DNA of 64,000 nt from Antedon mediterranea (Eukaryota > Animalia > Echinodermata): positions 20,291,365 to 20,355,364 of the forward strand of contig NC_092678.1 in assembly GCF_964355755.1 (NCBI RefSeq). The letters run 5' to 3'. A program made the position numbers and the translations under genes. Within the stretch, counting starts at the first letter, position 1. The number at the start of each line of letters is the position of its first letter. This document shows positions 50,819-64,000 of this stretch, one piece after another. Under the pieces are notes generated by a model that searched no databases, was not told where the DNA came from, and saw nothing but the letters and a program-made list of their open reading frames with translations.

Positions 50819-53461
50819 GCCGTTTTTTTCCCACACAGAATAATAGTCCCTTGTTAGTTTTATCGAGAATGTAATGAAATCAACTGTTGAGGGCGCTATG
50901 TTGTGACTTCCTCTTCCTCTGCGTTTTTTATTACCTTGTTCTCATTTGACTTTGTCCTTGACTGGTTATTTTTTCGGGGCGAATTTAGAGTTGTTCAAAC
51001 ATTATTTGCTTTGAACTTTTTAAAATTAGTTTTACTGAAAAAAAATATTTTGTGATCGGGGTTTAAGATAAAAACTAATTCTTTCTGCATTGACAAATTT
51101 CAAACCCATCTTAATTTTTATTTGATCCGTCTACAAACAAGTGTCCTTTAAAATTTTATTTTGGCAAGAATATTCCGATATTCAACTTTCTATGCAAGAA
51201 AATATGATAAGGGTGGTTAAAAGATTGAATGCAAAACCTTGAAGTAGTTTTAAATTTGAATACTGTTATTGTAAAATAATCGTTTTATTTTTTATTTTAA
51301 CAAATCCTTACTACAGTACTTACTGCTACTGTTTGGGACCACAGAAGGTAAAGGCTGATTTTAACCTCAAAATAAAAAATAAAAAATTATATTAACAATT
51401 TTTAGAATTAATTAAGGTTTTATAATTGGTATAATTAGTCGAGGTAAATGTAATATATTCATTACAATGGCTGATATATATTATGCATATTTGTGAAAAA
51501 GGAAAGTATTTTTAGATATATTTTCAATTACTATATGACAGTAGATACAAGTTTACTTGTAATTTGTAAATCAATATAATTGAACAAATTTTATATTTCT
51601 TTGAGTTAAACTAAACATTTTAAATGTAAAAAGCAAAAGTGGGCTTATGTTTAAATGGAACTGAAAGAAACTTTGTTGACCGAGTGATCCGAGAAACTGA
51701 CCTCAACTGACCACACAGCTACGCAAAATAGGTCGACATAAGCTGAGTTGATTAGCGGAAATAATAGGGGAAAAAAAACTGTGGACATGACCACGACCAG
51801 TTGTAATGTCAACATGGATCTTGTGCACATTGGTTCTACTCCCTCAATTACAGATTACATCGCGTACGCAGTATGAGTAACCATGACTAGAATTAGGGCT
51901 TGTACACTACTAGTTACTTTCATTTAAGTTTTAATGTTCATATCGGCGTATATTAACTTAATACTGATGTTTTTTATCAAAGTCTGTATAACAGGTGATA
52001 TTGAACAAATTCCAATATCAATCATTCCTAATGAAAATCTGTGTTTGTGTGTTTAAAAAACAAATTAGAAATAGTTTTATTTCAATTGAGTATCAATGTG
52101 TATTGGTATTGTTACTGATGTATGTGCTACTTAAAAATGTAAGTATTTGGATGTTACTTTTAGTAAAAAAGAATCACTCAACTCATCATTGTATCTCTGT
52201 ACATATATATTACTGTATCATAGGCAATTATTTGATACAGCATAACATGTTCATCACATGTGGTACAGTACCTGTATCATGGAATGTTAGGTTAAGATTA
52301 CAAAATGATGCATGTGACATACATGTGTCACTGTTTCACAGAATCTACCTTTGATACTGGACAAAGTACAGATACAGTACTGAGAATTAAGTGTATAACT
52401 TAACTACTACACACATCTTTCATTTGTAGCTGCTTGTATATTATGGGTACTAGAACAAAATAGCTATACATATCAATATATTTTATATTTAATATATTAT
52501 GTGGATTGTGATTTTTGTGTGTTATAAGCGTCAATATTGAAACAGAAATATTAATTCTGTATTCTTGTAGTTTAATAACAAATGTATAACCAAAGTAGAT
52601 AAGTATTATATTTTTAAATGACAAAACCAATTGTAACTAATTAAATATATAACAATTGTATTTATGTATTGTAATAATTAAGTGTCTTTATCACATCATT
52701 ATGTATGGTAGATGGGAAAGAAGATATTTTTAAATTGTATTGTAAAGAAAGTTTTTTATACTAATAATACCATACATATCAATTTTATAAAATACATTTT
52801 TTTTAACTTTAAAAATAGTTTAAATCTGCATATTTTCACATGTAGATAAATAAGATGTATGCAAATTCAATTGTTTGTTTGTCTTTTCACTATAAATCCC
52901 ACCTGAATGATTGACCCCACACTTGACCCAATGTTGATTCCCACTGAGGCCACCTTTATTTCACCTTTATATATAGAGGGTAACAGAGTCTTTAGCACAA
53001 AAAGTATATATTTTTTTTTAATATGAAAAATTTCTGTTAATCTATAGATTCTGATTGGTCAATTATCCTTGCGTCCTATGGCAACCATGCTTTATGATAA
53101 TTCAATGTATTTGGTGCTAATAGTTAGATAAATTGTTTTAATATTTTATTATTCATCATTTTACTAATGTATTTGCACTGCCCGGCTATAATATTTTGCC
53201 ATTATTATAATTATGTCTTCAATTAATGTATGGCGATGCTGTCTTGTAAATAACTTACTAAGTGTCGGTTGAAAAGAGGTTGGGGGGTGGGTGTGTAGAG
53301 GTGAGGGTGAGGGAGATATCATTACTCATTCCATGTGATATACTTTAGTACTATTCCACTGTACATATTCATAGTGTTTTTGTCCTTTTAGATTATTTCG
53401 ACATATGAAAATACAGATAATAGGATGTCTTATATCGAAGTAAAAAAATGTGGTAATTTTG

Positions 53462-53558
53462 AACTCGCATATCTTCTCATAAACCCCTATAAAGGGGACA
53501 CCATTTAAACCAAAAAAAGTGTCCCCTTTATAGGGGTTTATGAGAAGATATGCGAGTT
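53462..53558. repeat. Perfect 40-bp inverted repeat with 17-nt spacer
   Basis: 53462-53501 is the exact reverse complement of 53519-53558. Confidence 0.93.
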
Positions 53559-55114
53559 AATAGGTGTTATAGTTGTATTTTCTTTGGCCATTTAGAGTTA
53601 TGTTTCTACTGTATATATAAATTATGCTTCATTCTGAAATATAAGTGGACACAATACAAGGTTTGAAGATATTGGTTTGTTGGATTTAATGGTTTCATAA
53701 ACAACTATTATAATGCCATGCTTTGAAGTATTTACTTTTGTTAACTGCCTGCTAAAAAAACAATTTAATTTGGTTTTAGTTTTTTATGTAATTAATAAAA
53801 AGAGAAATAATGTATACTAGAGTTATAGAACTCCTACTGTTGGACTCTATTAAAGGGAACAATTGGTTGGTGTCCATTTTTTTATGTGTATATGTAATTC
53901 CACAGTTAAACTGAACTTTTTTTATATGATTATTAAATTATATTAAAATAAATTGTGTTAGACGAAATGTATGCGTTAATGTTATAATGGGTAATTATGA
54001 CTGTTCATAATTTAAGATTTTACTTTAAAAAAGTTGCCATTGACACTTTTTTTTTTAAATTCATTACGCTAAAAGCAAAGTAGTTTTATCCCAAGAATAT
54101 CCACAAAAGTATATTATAGAAATAGTTTAGCTATTAGACTGGTTGAAAAAGATTATTGATTTTAGAAAATATACCCATTGACATTCCAACTGTGTGGGTT
54201 ATTGAAGGTGGTATTTTGTAAAAACCGTAACAATTTTGGCGACACCTGCACCCCATACACGATCAGTTCTGATAAACCGAACGTTATAAAATGTTAAGTA
54301 CCTTGATATACACGTAAACATTAATTTTAATTCATTTCCTTCAGAACACAAACTTAATTATTATTAATCTGGTATGGCCGTCGGGCTACATTTATTTTAT
54401 GATCTTTGCAATTATGTACACTGTATTCTAAAATGTTATGGTATTTTTATGTTACTAAATTTGTATTGCGAAGTTTTACTCATCAATGTATGATATGTAA
54501 TTGCAATAATTTTCTATGCATATAACTATATTAAATATTTGTTTCTTTATAAGTGTTGTGTAGTTATTTCAATTAGCCTACAGTATAATCCCTCCTTTTG
54601 GAAACCACTATTTAGGGAACACGCCAATTAATAATTCCTGAAACAACAAGAGGAAATACTATGTTATAACACTTCGTATAACACTAACACTACTATAGGG
54701 AACACTTGTGTTGGGTCCCAACGGTTTTTCTTAATAAAGACCAATGGATAAAATTGCTAAATATAATGTATTACTTATATACGGTAATTTTGATTTCGAG
54801 TAAAGTTCTCTTCTATGCATCGATGGAGTTTTCGTGTCTCACCTGCAGCGACAGAGATGTAAATACAACAATTTGATTGGCTGTATAGGAGTAACGAATA
54901 ATAATAAAGCGAGTTACAGGTGCAAGAGTATAGCGTGACGGAAAATGGATACCAAATGTATCTTAAAGGTTATTGAAATATATCGTAATGGAATCATAAT
55001 ATCTTTTTGGAATATATGCCTACTTCCAATAGCAAGACAAGAGGACAGTTTAATGTAGATGTAGGCCTACTAAATGCTGGTTCTTAATTTAAGGTAAAAT
55101 TAACCGATATTTTG

Positions 55115-56376
55115 CAATAGGGTTGGTGAAATTCAGTCCAAAATACGCAGAATTTTTTCCAAAATACGTCAAGTTGAGGGCGCTATACTAATCCAAAATA
55201 CGCGAGTCTTTCCAAAATACGTCGACTTGGGGGCGCTATTCATTTCCAAAATACGCGAATTGTCCAAAATACGTCAAGTTGAAGGCGCTAGTCATTTTCC
55301 AAAATACGCAATTTGTCCAAAATACGTCAATTTGGAACCGCTTGTAATTTTCCAAAATACGTCAACTTGAGAGCGCTATTCATTTTCCAAAATACGCAAT
55401 TTAAATAACTCCTTTACTTCTTCTAACCAATTAATTATTGCTATTATTTTAATCACAATACCATATGCTTTTTATTATTATATATTATATGAAATAATTA
55501 TTATGTTAGATTTCAGATTAGGTAACTTATGAGACCATAAGTACTGTACATTAAATTGAAAGCGATGTTGGTCTGTCGAGCTCGGAAAAAATACCGATTT
55601 TGTAGATCACCAAATATATAACACATACCTATCACTATACTTAAATACTATATACGTACATGCTGGTTTTGTAGCCGGTTTATGCCGCATTTAAACTAGC
55701 TACGTCTGGCAATGCAATCGTACATCGTTCAGACATTATTAACGTATATTATAGGCACTGTCTATTGACTGATGTTGGCACATATTTGTTGTTTTTCAGT
55801 AATAAATGATTACATTGAAAAATAATAATTGGCTACTCTATGACATTTTATTTACAAAAAATTCTGCCTTCTAATACTTTCATTTATAACTAAAATGTAC
55901 TTGTTTGTTTTATTCCAAGAAACTTTTTTTGAATACATTAAACTGTAATTTTACCTTACACTCTCAATATGATACATTTGGAATTGGAAAGGCTCTCGTA
56001 TTTTGGAAAAAAAAGTTTGCCGCCCTCAAGTTGACGTATTTTGGAAAATTACTAGCGGTCCCAAATTGCAAATTGACGTATTTTGGACAAATCGCGTATT
56101 TTGGAAATAAATAGCGCCCTCAATTTGACGTATTTTGGACAATTCATGTATTTGGGACAGAGCCATATATATATTATGGCTCTGATTTGGGATAATTTAT
56201 AGCGCCCTCAACTTGACGTATTTTGGACAATTCACGTATTTTGGAAAATGAATAGCGCCCTCAAGTCGACGTATTTTGGAAAGACTCGCGTATTTTGGAT
56301 TAGTATAGCGCCCTCAACTTGACGTATTTTGGAAAAAAATCTGCGTATTTTGGACTGATGTTCACCAACCCGATTC
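55115..56376. mobile_element. Foldback-like non-autonomous element with long modular inverted arms
   Basis: Arms GGGTTGGTGAA...(CCAAAATACG-based subrepeats) and their reverse complement; flanking 8-bp repeat ATATTTTG (55107-55114, 56377-56384). Confidence 0.82.
56158..56184. mobile_element. 27-bp transposon footprint / micro-element
   Basis: CAGAGCCATA-TATATAT-TATGGCTCTG flanked by a perfect 8-bp TSD ATTTGGGA. Confidence 0.8.
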
Positions 56377-56410
56377 ATATTTTGTTGATGTGTGAAATGA
56401 ATTGAAATTA

Positions 56411-56740
56411 TAACTGGACTTGAACTCGTGATTTAAAACGAGTTCACCACGCAAACGCAACATGCACAGAAAATGCGTACACAGAAAATGCGTACACAGG
56501 AATTGATTACGCCATCCTCATGACCAGAAATAAATACATGTGTACTTTAGTTCCGTCTATGTTGAATCTTTATACTACATACAGTGTAGCATTGTTGAAA
56601 TTACAAACTAACCATCAATTATTCTAATTTTTTACATAATGAGGTCATCAAAATGAAACATAAAAACCAAAATAAAGGAAAACAAAGATAATTGTCTGAG
56701 CAAGAACATATTAAAAACTTGGAAGAAAATCGGGCACATG
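56411..56740 (-). mobile_element. Diverged solo fragment of the Helentron-like family
   Basis: AACTGGACTTGAACTCGT...ACGAGTTC..CGCAAACGCAACATGCAC matches the unit starts at 40777 and 42356. Confidence 0.65.
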
Positions 56741-57872
56741 TAGGTGATGACTATTACTTACATTATTACTACACATCAAGAACTCGATAAGTTTAACTTA
56801 GAAATAGAAGATAAACTGAGGTTCATAAAGTATAGGCCTACCTGTGGTTCTTATTATGACATTACATTTAGTTTAATTAGTTTATGTAAAAATATTGAAA
56901 TTATTATTCCCTGACAACAGTATTGTTAAAAAAGTGGTTTATCAGACGACGTCCTTCCGACCCAAGTCTTCCTATCCTCCACTATCATGTGTGCTGATTG
57001 TAGGCCTATTTCCATGTCTTTGCATTCAATTTGTTTTCCCCGTCGTTTCTTAAACGGCAAATCTAAATGATGTGACGGAATTTGACACAAAAACTGCGGG
57101 GACAAGCTTTTTCCATAAAAAAAAACTTTACAGTTCGGGATTTATTGTATGTAGGCTTTAATGATGGTTTTTGAATAATAAAATCGCATGAAATCACAAT
57201 TAAAGTACTTTTAAGAAATATTTTATGAACAAAAGTGCAGTTATCAAAAATATATACGGCGATCATAAAATTGAAAATGTACGATAGGGGGTTGCCTGAA
57301 ACATTTTTATACAAAACTAACAATATCAATGTTATTATCTTTGGTTTATGTATTTATGCTTAATTAATTTTTACAATAATGTTGATTATATTATATTTTT
57401 TAATGATGAATTTTCAGTTTGTATCTCGAGTTGCTACTAATTATTACTCTAACTGCATGGACCATGGAGGTATAAAATGGACTAACTCAAATAGGATTGA
57501 TAGAAATTTAGTTTTGTTTTGACAATCCGGTGGTTCCAAAGTTCAGCTGCAGTTGATTACTTACTGCCCCTAATAATCAAGCTATATTATAATTGTGACA
57601 ACATGAATCACTTGTAATCTAGCAAATGTTGGGTAACACCGGTGTTTTGGCCGCAAATTTGTAAAAAAATTAATATCTGATTCAGATAACATGTTTCTAA
57701 CTACACCGCTCGAGTCTTCTGAACAGGTGTGGAGTTGTTGAGTCGGTTGTCATGTAAATTACGAGACGTTTACTATATAATTTTTTAATTAAATTTAATG
57801 GCTATTTAATTATGTCTAAGCTAAAATATAATATATAATATAACAAATTGTCAATGATCTATTACGTTACAG

Positions 57873-60800
57873 GGTTTACAGGCGAAAAGACCGATATCTG
57901 TAAACATATTGAGTGCTCTCCTGGGTAGGCATACCAGTTGCGAGGGAGGTAGAGACGCTTGTGCTGGAAAATGAGTGTGAACCATGCATAGGTAAAGATG
58001 ATGGTTCCTCTGTAATCAATATTGTTTGTAGTAGCCTATGAAGATGGTATAGTCTGGAATTAATCATATTCTTTCAGTCAACAGATCGAGACGATGATCA
58101 AATCCGGGGTACCTGGGAATTTAGGTAATTGATTCGCTCATACATTCACAAAAATGAAAAAATCTTTAAAATATTGTGTTTTTTACTGACGTCCTTTTTA
58201 AGTGGAAACCCAACTCACAAGACACAAATATGCTATACTCAAACATATCTTTTTTTGCCATGATCTCTGACAGGATTTGAACCTAGAACCTGGGTAGCTA
58301 TAGGCATCTTGCTAAAACTTTTTACATACGTTCTATTTGAGAGTCAAACCTCTCTTTCAAACACGTGTTGTCCTCCTCTGTTGTGGGAAAACCCCTGACC
58401 ATAGAGTGCGCGATGCATGTTATCCATCACTGCACTGTCATATCATGGAACTTATTATTATAGTTCCATGCATGCTGAACTCAAGGACATTTAAAAAATG
58501 ATCGAAGATATGAGCTAGTATTAAGGTGTGTGTAGCCGTTCTTGTTTATGGTGATGAAATCCTAAGCCTTTAAGTCGTATTAAATGGAATTGTCACATTT
58601 CACTATCCCTATTATATTTGTATTTATTCAATATTCTATCATTTTAGCGAGTCCAGTTCAAATTAAGGTAGGTGTAAATAATCATATCCGACCAAACTAG
58701 AGGCTAGGCTAGGCCTAGCTAGGCCCTAGCCTTTATTAAGAAGGCTCGTATAGGGCTTAAAGTATTAGGACTAGGGCCTAGGTAGCGTACCCAGGACTAG
58801 TCTTTGGCCAATTGGAATACAGTACTAGGCCTAGGCCTACTGCTAGCCTACTGTAGGTTTAGATTGGATACTGTGGTATAGGGCCTACTGTAGATAGCTA
58901 GGCCTAGGCCGTGGCATGATTTTAGGTTGACTTGACTGACTGGCAAATTTAGATGGTTTTGGTTGGGATGGAACTTATTATGTGTTCATTCGAATAAAAT
59001 ACAAATAGTTAGTAGGACTAGACTGTGGGCCCTAGCCTAGCCTAGTGTATTAGTTTTATTTCATGATTTATATTGTATTATTTATCATGACTGTAATTAA
59101 AAACAAATGTTTTTACTGTATGTGACAACAAAAAGAAAACAATTTTATCGCATTACACTAACAGTAAAAAAAAACTTTGCCAATCCATCCCCAACATCAT
59201 AATGCTTTGTAATTATAGTACAGTACTTCAAAATACAAATTCCATGAAATAAACAGAGTTTTGTACAAATCTACTTTTAAAAAACCAGTTGCACTAATAT
59301 AAAACTATTGTTTTTTTTATTTTTTATTTTGTACACTATTATTAAGTCAGAGAATAGTGATACTGTATTAAATATCACCTCCGATATATTAATTACATTT
59401 CCATGACACAATTAAATTATGTATTATGTGTGGTAATGTTTGAACATTTTTTCATTATTAAAACCACATATGCTGATGTTATGATTTAATTTGATTGACA
59501 GACCTCGAAACAAAACAAAAATACACATTAGAAAAACCACCTGGAAAGGAAACGCCCACAGTACATTGCTCACTGACAGGATAATATGCTTTAACTTAAG
59601 TACTGTTTTAAGAAACGTGAATGTTTAAACAACAAACAATAAATATTTGATAGGCTAGTTATTTTTCAAAGCATCAATCAAATAATTAAAAAAAAACATC
59701 GTAGATAACAGTTATTTACAACACTTATAATTAAAGATGTATTGTCCCCCTGAAAAATGTTTGACTTTTCTTTTGTTGAATATGCCATTAGATGTCACAT
59801 AATAGTTATCCACTTTGACCATACAATGAATGATAAATGATTAAATGTTCAGCTGTTTGGAAACTTTGTGATTGACTGATCAGAGTTTGAAAACCCAACA
59901 TGAGTGTGCGTTGTATAAAAATGTTCTACTTTGCTACCAAAATTGAAGCGCTTTTTTCAAGCCTATATCCTCATCCTAACAGATTATTAAAATTTAATTT
60001 TAAAAATATTTGACATTTTAGAACAGTAAAAAATAATTAAATAAATAAATGTTTTGTTGTTGGAAAGAATATTTCATTTGTTGAACAATTGTTATGATTG
60101 CCTTCTAAATTTGTTTCTGTTTAAGTTTTCTTTATGATTATCATTTCACAAACCTTGACCTCATTTTTGTGTGTCAAAAGTTATAATAAAAGAAATTTCT
60201 TCTAATTGTTCGTTATGACCACAAGAATACACAAGGGAAGATCGTGTATTGTTTAAGCTTCAATAAAATTCCCTACTCTGTTATTGTTAAATGAACCTGT
60301 AGCAGGTTTACAAAGTTACTCTAAAAGTACTGATACACAGTGATAATAATAATTGGGAAGTATAAAAATTTTAAATTTTATTTAATATAAATGTTGCTAA
60401 AAATGGTTAATTATACTGCAAAGTTTAAAGTCTGGTTCTTATTCTCTTCCTTCTGAATAAGTTGTAGTTGACACGCAGAGCTACAGTATACATTTCATAA
60501 AATATTTTCCACCAAATTGGGCGTGTTCCACAGGGTCAATTTCAAGGTCAAAATATCGCTCAGTTTCATCCAACACAAGAGTACACAATACTATATTTTG
60601 ATTCCTTAAGACCTTTCCATTACAAAAATACCTCAAAATCGGACATGTATTTCCAGAGATATAGCTATTTAAAATGTGGCAGCCACGCCATTTTTCAAAA
60701 ATAAAGAAGAAAATTTAAACTTTAATATCTTGAAACCACTAGTCCGATGAAGTAAGCTTTACTCGGTAAGGTAAGATTTAAAATGTATTTTTTGTGTGAA

Positions 60801-63800
60801 CTGTACGGTGGCCCACAACTGTCACGCACACTATAACACAGAATCACACAATTAAAGAAGGAATTACACAATTAAAGAAGGAATCACACAATTAAAGAAG
60901 AAATCGCATATAAACAAAAGAAAGCATGCAAATATAAAACGAAATGCACAAATAAAGAAGAAACGCGCAATTAAAGAAGAGCTAAGCACAATTAAAGAAG
61001 TTCGCAACAAATTCGAAAGCTCCTCGCACAATTAAAGAAGTCCGCAACAAATTCGAAAGCTCCTCGCGCAATTAAAGAAGTCCGCAACAAATTCGAAATA
61101 TGGTAAATATATTACTAGCTCTCGCGTATGCTTATCGTGTGAAAAATGCGGTGAAGAGGACTGTAAAAAAGTGTGTAATTTAACGACAACACCAAAACCG
61201 CCAGCACGAACAACAACGCAAAAAACAACAATACCTGGTAAGTTTCAATTTATCATAAACTCATGATCTATCCGATTTAAAGGGGGGTTCCGGGTTTAAA
61301 ATGAATAGTAAAAAATGTAAAATATATTTGTTTGTCTCTTGAACGGTAAAAGTTTCAATTTATATAAGCGCCCAGTGAAGCAGAACGAAGGCTGTGAAAT
61401 CAGGCCAGATTACAAGTGCAGCTACGGCAAAATCACACTGTGGTTACAAAATAGGAAATTCGTTAAATGGTCCATCTTCCGACGACTCGTTATCATTAAC
61501 CATATCAATTACTTTTGTAAAATTATACTTATCTGATGTAATATTAGTCGGTCTTCCCATTTATAAAGTCAATTTTTTATGAAAATTCATCAAAACAGTG
61601 AAAAATTAGATATGTTTGCACTTTACGTTTGCCGATTTTCGCACCGACTTAGGCAAAAATCAAAATCAATGAAGCGTAACATATACTCTACATTCCTCCT
61701 GCTGAGGATCGATCGAGCGAGACGACGATACACGTGCTCTCTCTGCTGCCGCCCACCATGCCTGGCATCGTCACGTGATAAGCAGATACAATATACAATA
61801 CCAAACTGGTCGGGTCGAGTATACCCCGTCTATAATCACAACATGAACGATGTACAGTATTTGATTGAAGGTCGACTCGACCTACCGGAATGGTATAGAT
61901 AATATAGCTCGAATAAGAGAGTTGGAATATTTTTGTAGTGCAGCCTATAGTAAAAGGCCTGGTAGTATCAATTCGCATAGGGTCTACTACACTATAGCTA
62001 GCTCAATTTTTAACTGGGCCGGATCAGCTAGATCTGCTTCCTACTACCTGGTCTACTTGCTTGATGCATGAGTATCCGCTTTTTTGGAGAGTAAACTAAG
62101 CCTATTTTAGGCCTACTTAGACGATCGGGACACCATACATGTGGACGGCGATCGGACCTTGTTTTGCTTCAATATTTACAGCCGATTTTGTAGAACGTTT
62201 TAGGTTTAGATTGTTTAGGAGTTTTGGTTGATAGGATGGGTTTTGTTATTTATGGGCCAATCGTCTAGTAGTAGTAGGCTAGCTAGGCCCATGGGCCCCA
62301 TTGTTTTAACGTAGCCATCGTGGCATGGAATCCCTATAGTCAGAATGGCTCTCGCCTATTAGGCTAGGCCTAGAGTAGTATTGTACGTGAAGCCGATAAT
62401 ACGATCTGTACTATAGAGGTATAAAAATAGTATACTTTATGACTCCGTAATCTGTACTAAATTTTGTATTTCATTAAATGTCAAATAAATATATGCTACT
62501 ACTGTTATTATTACACTTTAGGCCTAGCTTAGAAAATCTACAAAAAAATGTATTTCACAATGATCGGGTGGTCGTCGTTTGACAGGGAAGAGAGATGTAA
62601 ATTAGGCCTAGTTGACAAACACAACGTACATGACGTCGCGAGTTTGGAATCCACTGGTGACGTGATTTTGTGAATATCTCATGAATATTAATGAGCTTCC
62701 CTAAGCTGCTGAAAAACAGACTTGCCATGAATTTACCCTAAAATGTATATGAAATTTAATTTTTTAAATTTCTCGTTATTACTTCTTCATTCTGACATGT
62801 CTATATTGTTATATTTTTTTTAATTTAATAAATAAACGATATTTAAAAGCAATTTTAAACCCAGAATCCCCCTTTAAGCAAAATATCTTTGGTTTTTTTA
62901 AATATTTTTCTGCTATTTAATGTTTACATTTCGTTGTTTCTTTATTTATTATTCCTGATTTGTCCTTTTTTACAGCCGAAACCACTGTGCTAACATCACC
63001 AAGTAAGATGTCAAAGACAACAGTGATATCTGAATCTCCTACCGACCCAGAGAAGAAGAGTTCTCCGTGGAAAAATATATACCTTCTGCCGATTCTATGT
63101 AATAAACTTAATATAGTTTCTGATAATTTCACATGTAGAATAATAACTACTAGTTTAATGTAGTACTACTTAAATAACTACACATTTTTTTTTTTTTTTT
63201 TCTGAACCAATCTCTTTGTCTATGTGTACATACAGACACAAAATAAAAACAAAAATCTTGTTAAATTACTCCATAAAATTTACTGCAGAACTTCACATTT
63301 TTCTTGCAGAAGTGCTAACCTATCGTTACCTATGCATACTGTAATTATAATTTATTTGGAACAACAGCACTCTACAGAGAACTTAATTAAAATAAAATAC
63401 ACCTTCAATATTTATAGAAATATCAAGTACAGGTGCAAGAACATTTTTTGGTTCCAAACATCAATTGCAATCGACAGAATTTGCTCAAGCATTGCCAATT
63501 CCTTCAGTCTAATATTCTGGAGGTCAGGTCATGAGGAAAGGATCTTCAGTAGTAGAATTATTTAGGTTACATAAGCTGTCTTTATTGTTATCATCCGACC
63601 AGCTTAATATACATTGTAATGTATTGGACTGCAATTTTAATTTTAAACTTGCACTTTCGAACCCTATACATTGTGGTGCAACTATGTTCTTCTCCTGACA
63701 TGCATAAACAGTGATACTTATTGTGGTCTACAGTACTTGATAATCAAGAGAATGCAGTGTATTTTAAACTTTGTTATATTTTTAGTATTTTTACTCATCA

Positions 63801-63881
63801 TCGGCATAATCGTTCTTTGTTGCAAGTTTAATGAGAAGTTTCGGAAATTTTTGGAAAATCTCTTTCCTGGCTATTCCTTTG
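57873..63881 (+). pseudogene. Disrupted TNF-receptor-superfamily-like gene: degenerate Cys-rich exon 57873-57991, CRD end + Thr stalk ~61099-61237, stalk/TM exon 62976-63881 interrupted at ~63085-63765
   Basis: GKYITSSRVCLSCEKCGEEDCKKVCNLTTTPKP..G/GTAAGT; TACAG/AETTVLTSPS...SPWK; FVIFLVFLLIIGIIVLCCKF...F G/GTAAGC. All phase 1. Confidence 0.55.
61281..62873. mobile_element. Non-autonomous Kolobok-like DNA transposon in an intron
   Basis: 21-bp TIRs AGGGGGGTTCCGGGTTTAAAA / TTTTAAACCCAGAATCCCCCT (2 mismatches), with TTAA on both sides. Confidence 0.82.
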
Positions 63882-64000
63882 GTAAGCTGTTTTTTCTATT
63901 ACTTTAAAAAAAAAATTATATGAAGAATTTTCCCCATCATTCTCTTTGCTCCAACCCATACACGGAAGATAAATGCAAGCAATGCGTCTACAATAAGCAC

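Noticed and set aside
51995-52630. Hydrophobic ORFs downstream of the OTU exon
   Set aside because: AT-rich low-complexity UTR/intergenic sequence with non-ATG starts and no splice or domain support.

Overview
AT-rich, intron-rich animal genomic DNA. The death-fold proteins and repeat types suggest a marine invertebrate deuterostome, possibly an echinoderm (inference). Host content is a rearranged innate-immunity/cell-death locus on the + strand. It has a promoter with NF-kB, ETS and IRF motifs (~4.0 kb), tandem-DED and TRADD-N-like exons (9.9-11.6 kb), and two paralogous linker + death-domain exon pairs (12.7-13.5 and 48.9-49.4 kb). The second pair splices in frame to a vertnin/OTU-like Cys-His protease exon. 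There is also a run of short phase-1 cassette exons (22-33.6 kb, partly tandemly duplicated) and a disrupted TNF-receptor-like gene (57.9-63.9 kb). Mobile DNA is dense: a gag-only LTR element with identical LTRs, a Gypsy remnant, CR1/L2 LINEs, a 5S-derived SINE, hAT, TTAA and foldback-type non-autonomous elements, and a ~8.8 kb nested Helentron-like array. The most striking object is an intact Penelope-like retroelement (5247-9807, minus strand). Its RT has no endonuclease, yet it sits interstitially between identical pseudo-LTRs. It carries a complete hammerhead ribozyme core whose three strands are in non-circularly-permuted order. All calls are by eye; no database search or folding was run.
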